Shown one piece after another: positions 38,271 to 47,334 of a stretch of 49,486 bases of DNA. The translations under genes were made by a program, and so were the position numbers. The DNA comes from an uncultured Rhizobiaceae bacterium (GTDB taxonomy: Bacteria > Pseudomonadota > Alphaproteobacteria > Rhizobiales > Rhizobiaceae): NCBI GenBank assembly GCA_964514045.1, contig CAZEPF010000002.1, forward strand, positions 1 through 49,486, written 5' to 3'. Position 1 is the stretch's first letter. Each line of letters begins with the position of its first letter. The notes beneath the pieces were generated by a model. It was not told the DNA's origin and did no database searches. It was given only the letters and a program-made list of their open reading frames with translations.

Positions 38271-39214
38271 ATTGTATAGGCTGGAATATCCACCATGCCG
38301 TCTTTAGCATTCGGGTCCACGCGGAAATCTACCTTGCGTTGGAACTGTCTGTTCTTTTGTATACCGCTCAACTTTGTTGCCGCTGCGATTGCAGCTTTGG
38401 GATAGAATGCAGCACCGCGCAGGCTGTTTGATTTTGGGTTTAGACCCATACGGCGGCGCAATACACCATTGCCATAGTTTACCGCATAAGAGCGGCGAAT
38501 ATCGGTAGTGTAGTGTTCTGTAGTGATCGAGATGTTCATCATGTCGAGGTTCTCAACACGGTGTGGTCCGTTTAACGGCCAATGTAACATTTGACCTGGC
38601 GCCAGTTCCACGATCTCTGCGTAGTCATCAAACCAGGGTTGGTATTCAATCTCTTCTTCCGTCTCACCCAGAATTATGCCTTCAAGATCTTGTTTGCGAA
38701 GGAACGGTTCTTCATTCGGATAAATGTAAATTTTCTTGCGGCCTGCAATTTGCCAGAGGGCCTGGCCCGGCACATCCGCATGATAGTAGACCTGCGCATT
38801 CGGCGATGAAATCAAAACACCCATGCGTTCTTTGAAGGTTTCAAACTCGGGCATATACCCTTGCAGTTCGGAGAATACGCTCTCCATCAAGTCTTTGTAG
38901 CGTGGATCAACAGTTTCCAGATCACGAAGATTTACCCAGATGCGACCATCTCTAATAGCGTTGATGACGTCCTTACCGGTATTGTCGCCAATCTCACCTT
39001 CGCGCCAAAGTTTCCGCTTTGCGCCGGGTTTAGCCATATGCACAAGATTGTATTTCTCACGTGGATAAGCATCGATTAGTTCTGCAAGTGTTTCGATTGA
39101 GAACAGTTCGTTTTCGTGGAGATTGTGCTCAAGTTTTACGTTGTGCTTACCCCAAAGTGATGGGTGACGTGCCTGATCCCAGTTTGTAAAAATTGGTGTT
39201 GTCATATTTTTCAA
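38267..39214 (-). CDS. JmjC/cupin_8-like Fe(II)/2-oxoglutarate oxygenase-fold protein (function unknown)
   Basis: 315 aa with a TTG start. HxD lies in YYHADVPGQALWQIAGRKKIYIYP and a distal His in APGQMLHWPLNGPHRVEN. This pattern and spacing resemble JmjC hydroxylases. Confidence 0.6.
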   Translation of the reverse strand: MKNMTTPIFTNWDQARHPSLWGKHNVKLEHNLHENELFSIETLAELIDAYPREKYNLVHMAKPGAKRKLWREGEIGDNTGKDVINAIRDGRIWVNLRDLETVDPRYKDLMESVFSELQGYMPEFETFKERMGVLISSPNAQVYYHADVPGQALWQIAGRKKIYIYPNEEPFLRKQDLEGIILGETEEEIEYQPWFDDYAEIVELAPGQMLHWPLNGPHRVENLDMMNISITTEHYTTDIRRSYAVNYGNGVLRRRMGLNPKSNSLRGAAFYPKAAIAAATKLSGIQKNRQFQRKVDFRVDPNAKDGMVDIPAYTI

Positions 39215-39314
39215 TCCCGCATTAGTAACCGTTGTCCTGATTATGGAATATCAAGGAAAAGTGAGAAAACGCCTTACAGGATTGGTAAAAAGTACCTTAC
39301 CAGACTGGTTTAAA

Positions 39315-40001
39315 TTAGAATGGTTCATATTCTAAAAGCCTGCACAATTCTGCTGCTATGCCCGCTTCATTCGGGTGTTTGCTTGTACTGGCGAGCATGT
39401 GAGGCGTGACGTTACCACCATACATGTTTGCTTTTGCGGAAATGTCTGCACCATGATGGATGAGTAAGCGTGCGCTTTCAACAGCACTTGCCGGGGTGCA
39501 CTGGCGATGGCTTTCTACGCCATTGGCTCCGATATAATGAAGCAAAGTAGATTGATGGCCGTAGCGGGTATGTTTGCTTGCAAGGGAAGGTGTTTGTGTA
39601 AGTTGCTTTTCCAGACTTGCCAGATCACCCGATAGCATTGCGTCTAGCGCGCCCTCGAATTTAGAGTCAGTCTTCATGTCACCCAGTTTTGAAACTTGTT
39701 CCCAGCTTTCAAAACCATATTCGCGGGCGAGCGTAAGACGGGCATCCTCTCGTGAAAACTCATTTACCAAAATATCTTCAATAGGTCTGCCTTGGGCGAG
39801 AGGCCACCAGGATTTCACTTGCATTGCAATACGAGCGTCTCCGCTTTGATGAAAATCCAGAAGCGTGTCTGCCTGTCTTTGAACTTGATCACGGATTGAC
39901 GCGCGCTTGAAATCAATGTCGTGAAGATAAGGGTATAGAGACCGCACAGCTTGGACTTCCGGTGCGACATAAATTTCTGTTACTGGTTTGTTTGCAGACA
40001 C
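39315..40001 (-). CDS. ankyrin-repeat protein (about 3 C-terminal ANK-like repeats)
   Basis: 228 aa with a GTG start. The N-terminal helical part ends LTLAREYGFESWEQV. ANK-like repeats follow (STLLHYIGANG..., ARLLIHHGADISAKANMYGGNVTPHMLA...). Confidence 0.55.
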   Translation of the reverse strand: MSANKPVTEIYVAPEVQAVRSLYPYLHDIDFKRASIRDQVQRQADTLLDFHQSGDARIAMQVKSWWPLAQGRPIEDILVNEFSREDARLTLAREYGFESWEQVSKLGDMKTDSKFEGALDAMLSGDLASLEKQLTQTPSLASKHTRYGHQSTLLHYIGANGVESHRQCTPASAVESARLLIHHGADISAKANMYGGNVTPHMLASTSKHPNEAGIAAELCRLLEYEPF

Positions 40002-40045
40002 TTCTTAAGCCTCACGCTGCATGAAGTATTGTGAGTATGCCATAG

Positions 40046-40079
40046 GCAAAAAACAAGGCCAGCAAATTTTGCTGGCCTT
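40046..40079 (-). terminator. Rho-independent terminator of sdhB
   Basis: 9-bp stem AAGGCCAGC/GCTGGCCTT (40055-40063/40071-40079) with a 7-nt loop. On the minus strand it is followed by GTTTTTTGCC. Confidence 0.8.
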
Positions 40080-40106
40080 TGTATATTTGTGTAAATTTGA
40101 CTGCGC

Positions 40107-40886
40107 TTACACTCTGCGTTCAACCATCATCTTTTTGATTTCGGCAATTGCTTTTGCCGGGTTGAGGTCTTTTGGACAGGCTTGCGCACAGTTCATGATT
40201 GTGTGGCAGCGATACAGCCGGAACGGATCTTCCAAATCATCAAGACGGTCGCCTGTAGCTTCGTCTCGGGAATCAATCAGCCATCGATAGGCCTGTAGTA
40301 GAACTGCAGGCCCAAGATAGCGGTCGCCATTCCACCAGTAAGAAGGGCAGGATGTTGAGCAACAAGCGCAAAGAATACACTCATAAAGGCCATCAAGCTT
40401 CTCACGGTCAGCCTCGGATTGAAGCCATTCGGTGCGCGGCTGATTGGAAACGGTTTGTAACCAAGGTTTGATAGAACGGTGCTGGGCGTAGAAATTATTC
40501 ATATCCGGCACAAGGTCTTTGACAACCTTCATATGGGGCAATGGATATACTTTCACCGCGCCGGATACTTCGTCAGAACCTTTGGTACAGGCTAGCGTGT
40601 TTGTGCCATCAATATTCATGGCGCACGATCCGCAAATGCCTTCACGGCACGAGCGGCGTAGAGTCAGGGTCGGGTCAATATTGTTTTTGATCCACAACAG
40701 ACCATCCAGAACCATTGGTCCACAATCATCCATGTCGACGAAATATGTATCGACACGAGGGTTCTGGCCATCATCTGGATTCCAGCGGTAGATACGATAT
40801 TCACGAAGATTGGTGGCGCCTTGCGGTTTCGGCCAATTCTTGCCTTCATTGATTGTCGAATTTTTTGGGAGTGCGAGTTCAACCAT
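40107..40886 (-). CDS. sdhB: succinate dehydrogenase iron-sulfur subunit
   Basis: 259 aa from ATG 40886, 1 nt after the sdhA stop. The cluster motifs are [27 protein letters not shown] and [12 protein letters not shown]. Confidence 0.95.
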   Translation of the reverse strand: MVELALPKNSTINEGKNWPKPQGATNLREYRIYRWNPDDGQNPRVDTYFVDMDDCGPMVLDGLLWIKNNIDPTLTLRRSCREGICGSCAMNIDGTNTLACTKGSDEVSGAVKVYPLPHMKVVKDLVPDMNNFYAQHRSIKPWLQTVSNQPRTEWLQSEADREKLDGLYECILCACCSTSCPSYWWNGDRYLGPAVLLQAYRWLIDSRDEATGDRLDDLEDPFRLYRCHTIMNCAQACPKDLNPAKAIAEIKKMMVERRV

Positions 40887-40887
40887 C

Positions 40888-42750
40888 TTAATACACCCTT
40901 GCTTTTGGTGCGATTTTCTTTGGATCAATGCCGCCTTCATTATGGCCAAGCAGGGGACTGGTTTTAACCGGACGGTATGTCAGTTTCACCTTGCCCTTTT
41001 CGTCCACGGTAGAAAGCGTGTGCTTGCGCCATTTTTTATCATCGCGATCTTTGTAGTCCTCATGGGCATGAGCACCACGGCTTTCCTGACGTGCTTCCGC
41101 GCCATACACGGTGGTTATGGCGGATGCCATGAGGTTATCCAATTCCAGTGTTTCCACGAGATCAGAATTCCAGATCATTGAGCGGTCATGAACTTTTAAG
41201 TCGAAGAGTTTTTCCCATGCGCCGTCCATGCGTTTGCAGCCCTGTTTCAAGGTTTCAGATGTGCGGAACACGGCGGCGTCTTCCTGCATGACCTGCTGCA
41301 TTTCTGCGCGAACCTCAGAGGTTGGAATTGCTCCGTCTGCGTGACGCATTTTATCGAAGCGATCCATGATCTTATTGGTTGCGTGCTGGTTAGGCATCGG
41401 GATAGCGCCCTCACGGTCTACCACTTCACCAGCTTTAATGGCTGCTGCACGACCAAACACAACAAGGTCAATCAGGGAATTTGAGCCAAGACGGTTTGCG
41501 CCGTGAACTGAGGCACATGCTGCTTCACCCACAGCCATCAGGCCGGGCACAACGCGGTCGGGGTCTTTTGGCGTTGGGTTAAGAACTTCCCCCCAGTAAT
41601 TCGTAGGCACGCCGCCCATGTTATAATGCACTGTAGGAAGCACAGGGATGGGTTCGCGATTTAGATCAACGCCTGCAAAAATCCGTGCTGACTCAGAAAT
41701 ACCAGGCAGTCTTTGTGCCAGTGTTTCCGGTGGCAGGTGATTGAGGTGAAGATGGATGTGATCACCTTTCGGGCCAACGCCGCGGCCTTCACGAATCTCC
41801 ATGGTCATACAACGAGAGACCACATCACGGGATGCAAGGTCTTTATAGGTTGGGGCATAGCGTTCCATGAAACGCTCACCCTCGCTATTGGTGAGGTAGC
41901 CGCCTTCGCCGCGTGCGCCTTCTGTAATCAAACAGCCAGCGCCATAAATTCCGGTTGGGTGGAACTGAACAAATTCCATGTCCTGAAGTGCCAAGCCGGC
42001 GCGTGCCACCATGCCATTGCCGTCACCAGTGCAAGTGTGGGCTGATGTGGCTGAGAAGTATGCGCGGCCATAACCGCCTGTCGCCAATACAACCATTTTT
42101 GCATTGAAGCGGTGTATGGTGCCATCGTCTAAATTCCAGGCGATGATGCCTGTGCAGACGCCATCATCACTCATGATGAGGTCTACTGCGAAATACTCGA
42201 TGTAAAATTCTGCATTGTGGCGCAGGGATTGACCATACAATGTGTGAAGAATTGCGTGACCCGTACGGTCCGCCGCAGCGCAGGTGCGCTGTACAGGAGG
42301 GCCTTCGCCATATTCCGTTGTGTGACCACCGAACGGGCGTTGATAAATCTTGCCTTCTTCCGTGCGTGAGAACGGAACACCATAATGTTCAAGTTCATAC
42401 ACTGCTTCCGGTGCTTCGCGGGCGAGATATTCCATCGCGTCTACGTCGCCTAACCAGTCGGAACCTTTGACGGTGTCATATAGATGCCACTGCCAGCTAT
42501 CCGGGCCCATATTGCCCAAAGACGCAGCGATGCCGCCTTGTGCAGCTACCGTATGTGATCGTGTCGGGAAAACCTTGGTTACACAAGCTGTTGAGAGGCC
42601 CTGTTCGGCCATTCCCAAAGTGGCCCGCAAACCCGAACCCCCTGCGCCCCCGACGCCGACATCGTGAAAATGATCTACAATTTTATACGCGCCACCATTT
42701 TGAGCCGCGCCATTTGCTTTTCCGTTAGACTTGCCATTGGCAGTTGCCAT
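40888..42750 (-). CDS. sdhA: succinate dehydrogenase flavoprotein subunit
   Basis: 620 aa with [10 protein letters not shown] (FAD binding), the covalent-FAD region SHTVAAQGG, and [15 protein letters not shown]. Confidence 0.95.
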   Translation of the reverse strand: MATANGKSNGKANGAAQNGGAYKIVDHFHDVGVGGAGGSGLRATLGMAEQGLSTACVTKVFPTRSHTVAAQGGIAASLGNMGPDSWQWHLYDTVKGSDWLGDVDAMEYLAREAPEAVYELEHYGVPFSRTEEGKIYQRPFGGHTTEYGEGPPVQRTCAAADRTGHAILHTLYGQSLRHNAEFYIEYFAVDLIMSDDGVCTGIIAWNLDDGTIHRFNAKMVVLATGGYGRAYFSATSAHTCTGDGNGMVARAGLALQDMEFVQFHPTGIYGAGCLITEGARGEGGYLTNSEGERFMERYAPTYKDLASRDVVSRCMTMEIREGRGVGPKGDHIHLHLNHLPPETLAQRLPGISESARIFAGVDLNREPIPVLPTVHYNMGGVPTNYWGEVLNPTPKDPDRVVPGLMAVGEAACASVHGANRLGSNSLIDLVVFGRAAAIKAGEVVDREGAIPMPNQHATNKIMDRFDKMRHADGAIPTSEVRAEMQQVMQEDAAVFRTSETLKQGCKRMDGAWEKLFDLKVHDRSMIWNSDLVETLELDNLMASAITTVYGAEARQESRGAHAHEDYKDRDDKKWRKHTLSTVDEKGKVKLTYRPVKTSPLLGHNEGGIDPKKIAPKARVY

Positions 42751-42756
42751 GTCAGG

Positions 42757-43140
42757 TTAGCCTCCAAAACCGAGTTTAAGAATGGCAAAGGCGCTCGCTA
42801 GGCCAATGCCGAAACAAAAGAATGTGTTGAGGATCACGAGTAGAATTTTCGTACCCTCTGCATGAATGTAGTCTTCGATGACAATCTGCATACCTAGTTT
42901 CATATGCCAGCAGACGGACAAAATGACGCCTAGTAGCAGGATGCAAACAATCGGGTGTGACAGGGTTGAGACCACTTCCATATGGCTTGCGCCAACCAGG
43001 GAGATCACCATCCAAATCAAAAACAAAATAAGCGGTACGTTTGCAATCGCGGTCAGTCTCTGTTTCCAGAAATGATCCGTGCCTTCTTTTGCAGAACCAA
43101 GACCTCGAACCTTGCCGAGCGGGGTGCGCATGTCAGTCAT
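42757..43140 (-). CDS. sdhD: succinate dehydrogenase hydrophobic membrane anchor subunit
   Basis: 127 aa with 3 TM segments, located between sdhC and sdhA. Confidence 0.85.
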   Translation of the reverse strand: MTDMRTPLGKVRGLGSAKEGTDHFWKQRLTAIANVPLILFLIWMVISLVGASHMEVVSTLSHPIVCILLLGVILSVCWHMKLGMQIVIEDYIHAEGTKILLVILNTFFCFGIGLASAFAILKLGFGG

Positions 43141-43146
43141 CGTGAT

Positions 43147-43545
43147 TTACCTTACTGCGTATGCGGTGATCCATAAAAGGATCGTCATTGTGATTGAAAA
43201 TGCCAGCGTTACCCAAGCAAGTTTCGTTGAAAAATGCTTATCGAAGCCGCGGCCTGTATCCCATAGGAAATGCCGTAGTCCACCTGCAAGGTGGTGCATC
43301 AATGCCCAAGTGTATCCAAACAGGATGATGCGCCCAAACCAGGAAGCGAAAAAGCTGTTGACCCACTCAAAATATGCAGGTGCTGTTGCTGCAGCAAACA
43401 ACCACCATGCGAACAGGAATGTGCCAAAATAAAGCGCCACTCCGGTAATGCGATGCAAGATCGACATAACCATGGTCGGAATCGGTTTATAGATCGACAG
43501 ATGCGGGGATAAGGGCCGTTTGTCGTTTAGTTCAATATTCGTCAT
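43147..43545 (-). CDS. sdhC: succinate dehydrogenase cytochrome b556 subunit
   Basis: 132 aa with RPLSPHLSIYKP near the N-terminus and 3 TM segments. Confidence 0.9.
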   Translation of the reverse strand: MTNIELNDKRPLSPHLSIYKPIPTMVMSILHRITGVALYFGTFLFAWWLFAAATAPAYFEWVNSFFASWFGRIILFGYTWALMHHLAGGLRHFLWDTGRGFDKHFSTKLAWVTLAFSITMTILLWITAYAVR

Positions 43546-43742
43546 GATGTTTTTGCGAATATGCCTCCATTCGGGTTTGCATTCTTGTAAAGCGTTCAGT
43601 GCTTCACGTCAAAACCTACGAAAGCATAAGTGCGACTAATATCGCCGCAGCTAAAGTATGAAATCAGCAAATCTCCGCTTGCAAAATCAAACCGCTCATT
43701 TGATGCTGATGGCTCAATGTATGGAAAGGAAATTTACCCGTT

Positions 43743-44117
43743 ATGGACATGAAACCTTTATTTACTGGTGCGATGCTTTTGTTGGCACCATTTGCTTTGA
43801 ATCTTACATTTTCGGATACGGCGTCTGCTGCCTTGAACTGCGATAGTATAGAGGGCAGTTGGGCTGGCACGATGAGTGGCGCTTATAGGGGCAAGACCAC
43901 AATGGAAATCAAGAAGTGCAAGCTGAAATGGCGCTTGCCAGACGGTCGATTGAACCGCTGCCGCTACAAAGAAAAGTCTGATTATATCGAGTATAGTTGC
44001 AGTCTTGGCTCTCACGGGAAGGTCAAGATCAATGGCAACAAGATTGTCATGCAGAATGTCTTCACCGCCCACCGCCATGGCAAATATACTGTTAGCGTGA
44101 GAAAAACAGGCTCTTAA
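43743..44117 (+). CDS. small secreted hypothetical protein
   Basis: 124 aa with a signal peptide ending TASA-AL. The mature ~95 aa are basic and have 4 Cys. I recognise no family. Confidence 0.5.
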   Translation: MDMKPLFTGAMLLLAPFALNLTFSDTASAALNCDSIEGSWAGTMSGAYRGKTTMEIKKCKLKWRLPDGRLNRCRYKEKSDYIEYSCSLGSHGKVKINGNKIVMQNVFTAHRHGKYTVSVRKTGS

Positions 44118-44168
44118 GGTGGAGTGCTAAGGGAGTTTACCCTAAACATACTCATTTAGGGGATTTAA

Positions 44169-45110
44169 TTGCTCTCGATATTACTCACTATTCTGCCTGT
44201 ATTTTTGATCCTTGGGACGGGGTATCTCGTTGCAAGGGTCGGCTATATTCAAGACAATGTGGCGGATGCTCTGAATTCCTATGCCCTGAAACTGGCGGTT
44301 CCGGTTTTATTGTTTACTGCAATGTTCCGGCTGGACTTTGCTCAAGCGTTTAACGCGAAAATGCTGGTGAGTTTTTATACTGGCGCGTTTACGTGTTTTG
44401 TGTTGGGCATTTTGTTTGCGCGGTTGATATGGAAACGCCGCCCCGGTGAATCCGTGGCGGTTGGGTTTTGTGCTGTGTTTTCCAACACGGTTTTAATCGG
44501 GTTGCCAATTTCGCAGCTTGCGTTTGGCGAAGTGGTTTTAACCCCAGTATTTGGCATTGTCGCGTTCCATGCGTCACTGCTCTATACTGTTGGCATGATC
44601 ACGATGGAATTTGCCCGTCGTGACGGACGCAAACTGTCTGAAACCTTGATCTCCGCATTTTCTTCCGTGATTGCCAATCCGCTAATGGCGGGCATCCTAT
44701 TGGGTGTGGCGGTGAACTTTACCGGATTGTGGATACCGGGTCCGCTTGAACAGGCACTGGACATGATCCGCGCAACTGCGATCCCTGTGTCATTGGTTGG
44801 GATTGGTATCGCGCTCAATCGATATTCGATCAGTGAAGAATTATCCGAGACTTTGATGGTCTCATTTTTGGCGTTGATCGTTCATCCGGCGATTGCGCTG
44901 TTCTTCTGTCTCTATGTGTTTGGCTTGGATTCTATCTACTTACAAGCAGCCGTCGTGTTGGCCGCCATGCCGCCGGGTATGAACGTTTATATTTTTGCGA
45001 CCCTTTATAATCGCGCGGTGAGCCTGTCAGCCTCAACACTGGTGATTGCAAATGCGCTTGCTGTTCTCACAATACCGGTCTGGATATTGATCATCCGTTC
45101 GGTTGCCTGA
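44169..45110 (+). CDS. AEC (auxin efflux carrier) family transporter
   Basis: 313 aa with a TTG start preceded by an AGGGGA RBS. It has ~10 TM segments and the N-terminus LLTILPVFLILGTGYLVAR typical of the family. Confidence 0.8.
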   Translation: MLSILLTILPVFLILGTGYLVARVGYIQDNVADALNSYALKLAVPVLLFTAMFRLDFAQAFNAKMLVSFYTGAFTCFVLGILFARLIWKRRPGESVAVGFCAVFSNTVLIGLPISQLAFGEVVLTPVFGIVAFHASLLYTVGMITMEFARRDGRKLSETLISAFSSVIANPLMAGILLGVAVNFTGLWIPGPLEQALDMIRATAIPVSLVGIGIALNRYSISEELSETLMVSFLALIVHPAIALFFCLYVFGLDSIYLQAAVVLAAMPPGMNVYIFATLYNRAVSLSASTLVIANALAVLTIPVWILIIRSVA

Positions 45111-45205
45111 TGCTGAGTGTTTTGTTTGGGCTTGGTCTGTTTTTTGCCAAGTTTCATAAGCATGCTAGGGTCAGATAAACGGGCTTTTCGTATCGGGTAG
45201 GTGCC

Positions 45206-46528
45206 ATGCTAGACAATAACAACGCCACAAAAATCAAGGCAAACATTCAAGGTCTTGAGACCGTCACGCGGTTTTCTCTGGCAATTCTTGCGCTTGCGAG
45301 TGGGGTTTATACCTATCTTGGCGTTCGCAGTCTGCTGGATGGGTCAAGTATGCAAATATTCTTTGCAGCGTTCATCTATGCCAGTGCGGTGTCTGTCGGC
45401 ATTTATGCGTTCTGGACTTATCTCATGAAATTCGTGCCGCTCATGACAGACGGGACACGCCGTTTGGCTTTGTTTGCTACGATGGCTGTTGGTTCTGTGA
45501 TGATTATCGCGATGTCTTCTTGGCTTAATGCGGCGGCGCTTGCAGGGTCTGCTGCGACAGAACAGCATCTGGCGCAAACGCTTGAAGATTATTCAACCGA
45601 TCTCGACAAAGCCCATTCGCGTGCGCTTGCTGCTCAAAGCCTGCTGCCGGATGTGTTGCGTGCGTCCGAACGCTTCAAGCGTCTGGCTTCGGAAGAACAA
45701 ACAAGCGGTGCGCTAACCGGAACATCGGGCGCAGGAACGGTTGTGCAATTGCTGCAACAGATGGGCGGGCAATTGGATGAATTGTCGGTTTCCATTTCAG
45801 GCTCAAAAGATAAAACTGCGAACTTGTTTGATGCGGGCCGTGATCATCTGTCCAAGATGCGTTCGCTTGTGTCTGCGCCTGGTGCAGTGCAACCAAGGGC
45901 CGATCAGTTTTCAACCGAAGCGGTGGCGCTTGCCGGTGTAATTTCACAATTGCAGGAAACATCAATCGCGCCCTCTGTTCGCCGTGCTGCGCAGGATTTA
46001 TCGCTTGGGTTTATTGCCCCTGTTGCCGACGGGTCTTCGGATGATCTTGCCAGTCGCCAAAACCAGATCATTGATACGGTGCGCCAGTCGGTCGATGCAC
46101 AATCTACCGCGCTTGCAGATGCTGCAGACGAAATCATGGCTGTGCCGGCGGTTCCAACACGGCGATTTGTACCGCTGTCGAGTGCAGAAGCCGTCTTGAT
46201 CTATGCGTCTGATTTTGCCCCAAGTTGGGCAGGAGCGATCTCGATTGATCTGCTGCCTGCAATTCTTGTTCTGATTTTATCAGTTGCGTATTCAGCCATT
46301 CGTGCGGATGCTCAAATTTTGGAACCTGCAGAAAAACTGACCGCAGCCGAGATGATGCGTGCAGTGAGTATTTATAAATCCATGACAGGTGAAACGGATG
46401 CAAGGTCAGTTGAGGAAACGCAGACCAAAGAAGACGAACCGCCTGCTTCTCAACCTCAAGAAGACGCAACGGTAATCCGTCCGGTTGATCTGCATCAACG
46501 CAAGCGCATTGAAGACAGCCGTAAATGA
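45206..46528 (+). CDS. uncharacterised membrane protein (3 N-terminal TM, ~220-aa Ala/Gln/Ser-rich helical domain, 4th TM, acidic tail)
   Basis: 440-aa ORF with good coding appearance. I recognise no family motif. Its stop overlaps the next start (ATGA). Confidence 0.6.
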   Translation: MLDNNNATKIKANIQGLETVTRFSLAILALASGVYTYLGVRSLLDGSSMQIFFAAFIYASAVSVGIYAFWTYLMKFVPLMTDGTRRLALFATMAVGSVMIIAMSSWLNAAALAGSAATEQHLAQTLEDYSTDLDKAHSRALAAQSLLPDVLRASERFKRLASEEQTSGALTGTSGAGTVVQLLQQMGGQLDELSVSISGSKDKTANLFDAGRDHLSKMRSLVSAPGAVQPRADQFSTEAVALAGVISQLQETSIAPSVRRAAQDLSLGFIAPVADGSSDDLASRQNQIIDTVRQSVDAQSTALADAADEIMAVPAVPTRRFVPLSSAEAVLIYASDFAPSWAGAISIDLLPAILVLILSVAYSAIRADAQILEPAEKLTAAEMMRAVSIYKSMTGETDARSVEETQTKEDEPPASQPQEDATVIRPVDLHQRKRIEDSRK

Positions 46529-47319
46529 GTGAGGCAGAGCCTTACGCGCAGGAAAAGCGATTTGTCCTGCCTGAAGATGGAACGCTCATGCGCTGGGCTT
46601 TCTTTTTCCTACTTGCTGCATGTGTAATTCTTGTTGCTCTGGATGTTGGCAATCTTGCCACCCGTAACGATGAAATCATGGAGCGTATAGAGCGCACGCC
46701 GATTTTACCTGCATTGGTGCCTGCGCCATCACAACAAGACGGAGAGCCTGTCTCTAACCCCTATTCTCCTGTGGTCGAAAGTGACCCTTCCTTACTGCGG
46801 CAACCGCTGGATATTTCTCTTAATGCAAATAATGAACTGGTTTTGTCCGGTGCGATTGATCCGGGTTCATCAACGCGGTTTGCTGACGAGATCGAAAAGG
46901 TTTCTGAATATGTGGAGACGGTGGTGTTAAACTCGCCTGGTGGATCGGTTCAGGATGCGTTGGAGATATCCAAGCTTATTCGTAAAAATGAATGGCACAC
47001 GACCGTTCGTGCAGGCGCACTTTGTGCTTCTTCCTGTCCGATTATCTTTGCTGGTGGCATTAAACGATCGGCTGAAGAAAAGGCGGCGATTGGAGTTCAC
47101 CAGATATTTTCTGCAGGCGATGACAGGCGGTCTCTTGATCAGGCGATTTCAGGCACGCAAAGCTCTACGGCTACGATAGTAAGACATCTTGAAGAAATGG
47201 GCATTGATCCAGCTATATGGACCCATGCGCTGGAGACACCACCCGCCAGTCTTTATTATCTCCGTGATGAAGAAATGAAAGACTATAAGCTGGTTACGGG
47301 TGGTGACGAGGTTTCCTAA
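46525..47319 (+). CDS. membrane-anchored ClpP/NfeD-fold serine peptidase-like protein
   Basis: 264 aa with one TM (WAFFFLLAACVILVALDV). The domain carries LNSPGGSVQDALEISKLI, GALCASSCPIIFAGG, IGVHQIF and YYLRDEEMKDYKLV. Their order and spacing parallel the ClpP Ser-His-Asp blocks. Confidence 0.6.
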   Translation: MSEAEPYAQEKRFVLPEDGTLMRWAFFFLLAACVILVALDVGNLATRNDEIMERIERTPILPALVPAPSQQDGEPVSNPYSPVVESDPSLLRQPLDISLNANNELVLSGAIDPGSSTRFADEIEKVSEYVETVVLNSPGGSVQDALEISKLIRKNEWHTTVRAGALCASSCPIIFAGGIKRSAEEKAAIGVHQIFSAGDDRRSLDQAISGTQSSTATIVRHLEEMGIDPAIWTHALETPPASLYYLRDEEMKDYKLVTGGDEVS

Positions 47320-47334
47320 ATGGTTGCTACTGAA

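Noticed and set aside
44140-44161. AT-rich hairpin CCCTAAA-N8-TTTAGGG after the small secreted protein gene. It superficially resembles the TAGGGTC repeat family.
   Set aside because: It shares only the TAGGG/CCCTA core, not the GTC...GAC arms. The stem is weak and it overlaps the RBS region of the AEC gene. I do not count it as a family member or a confident terminator.
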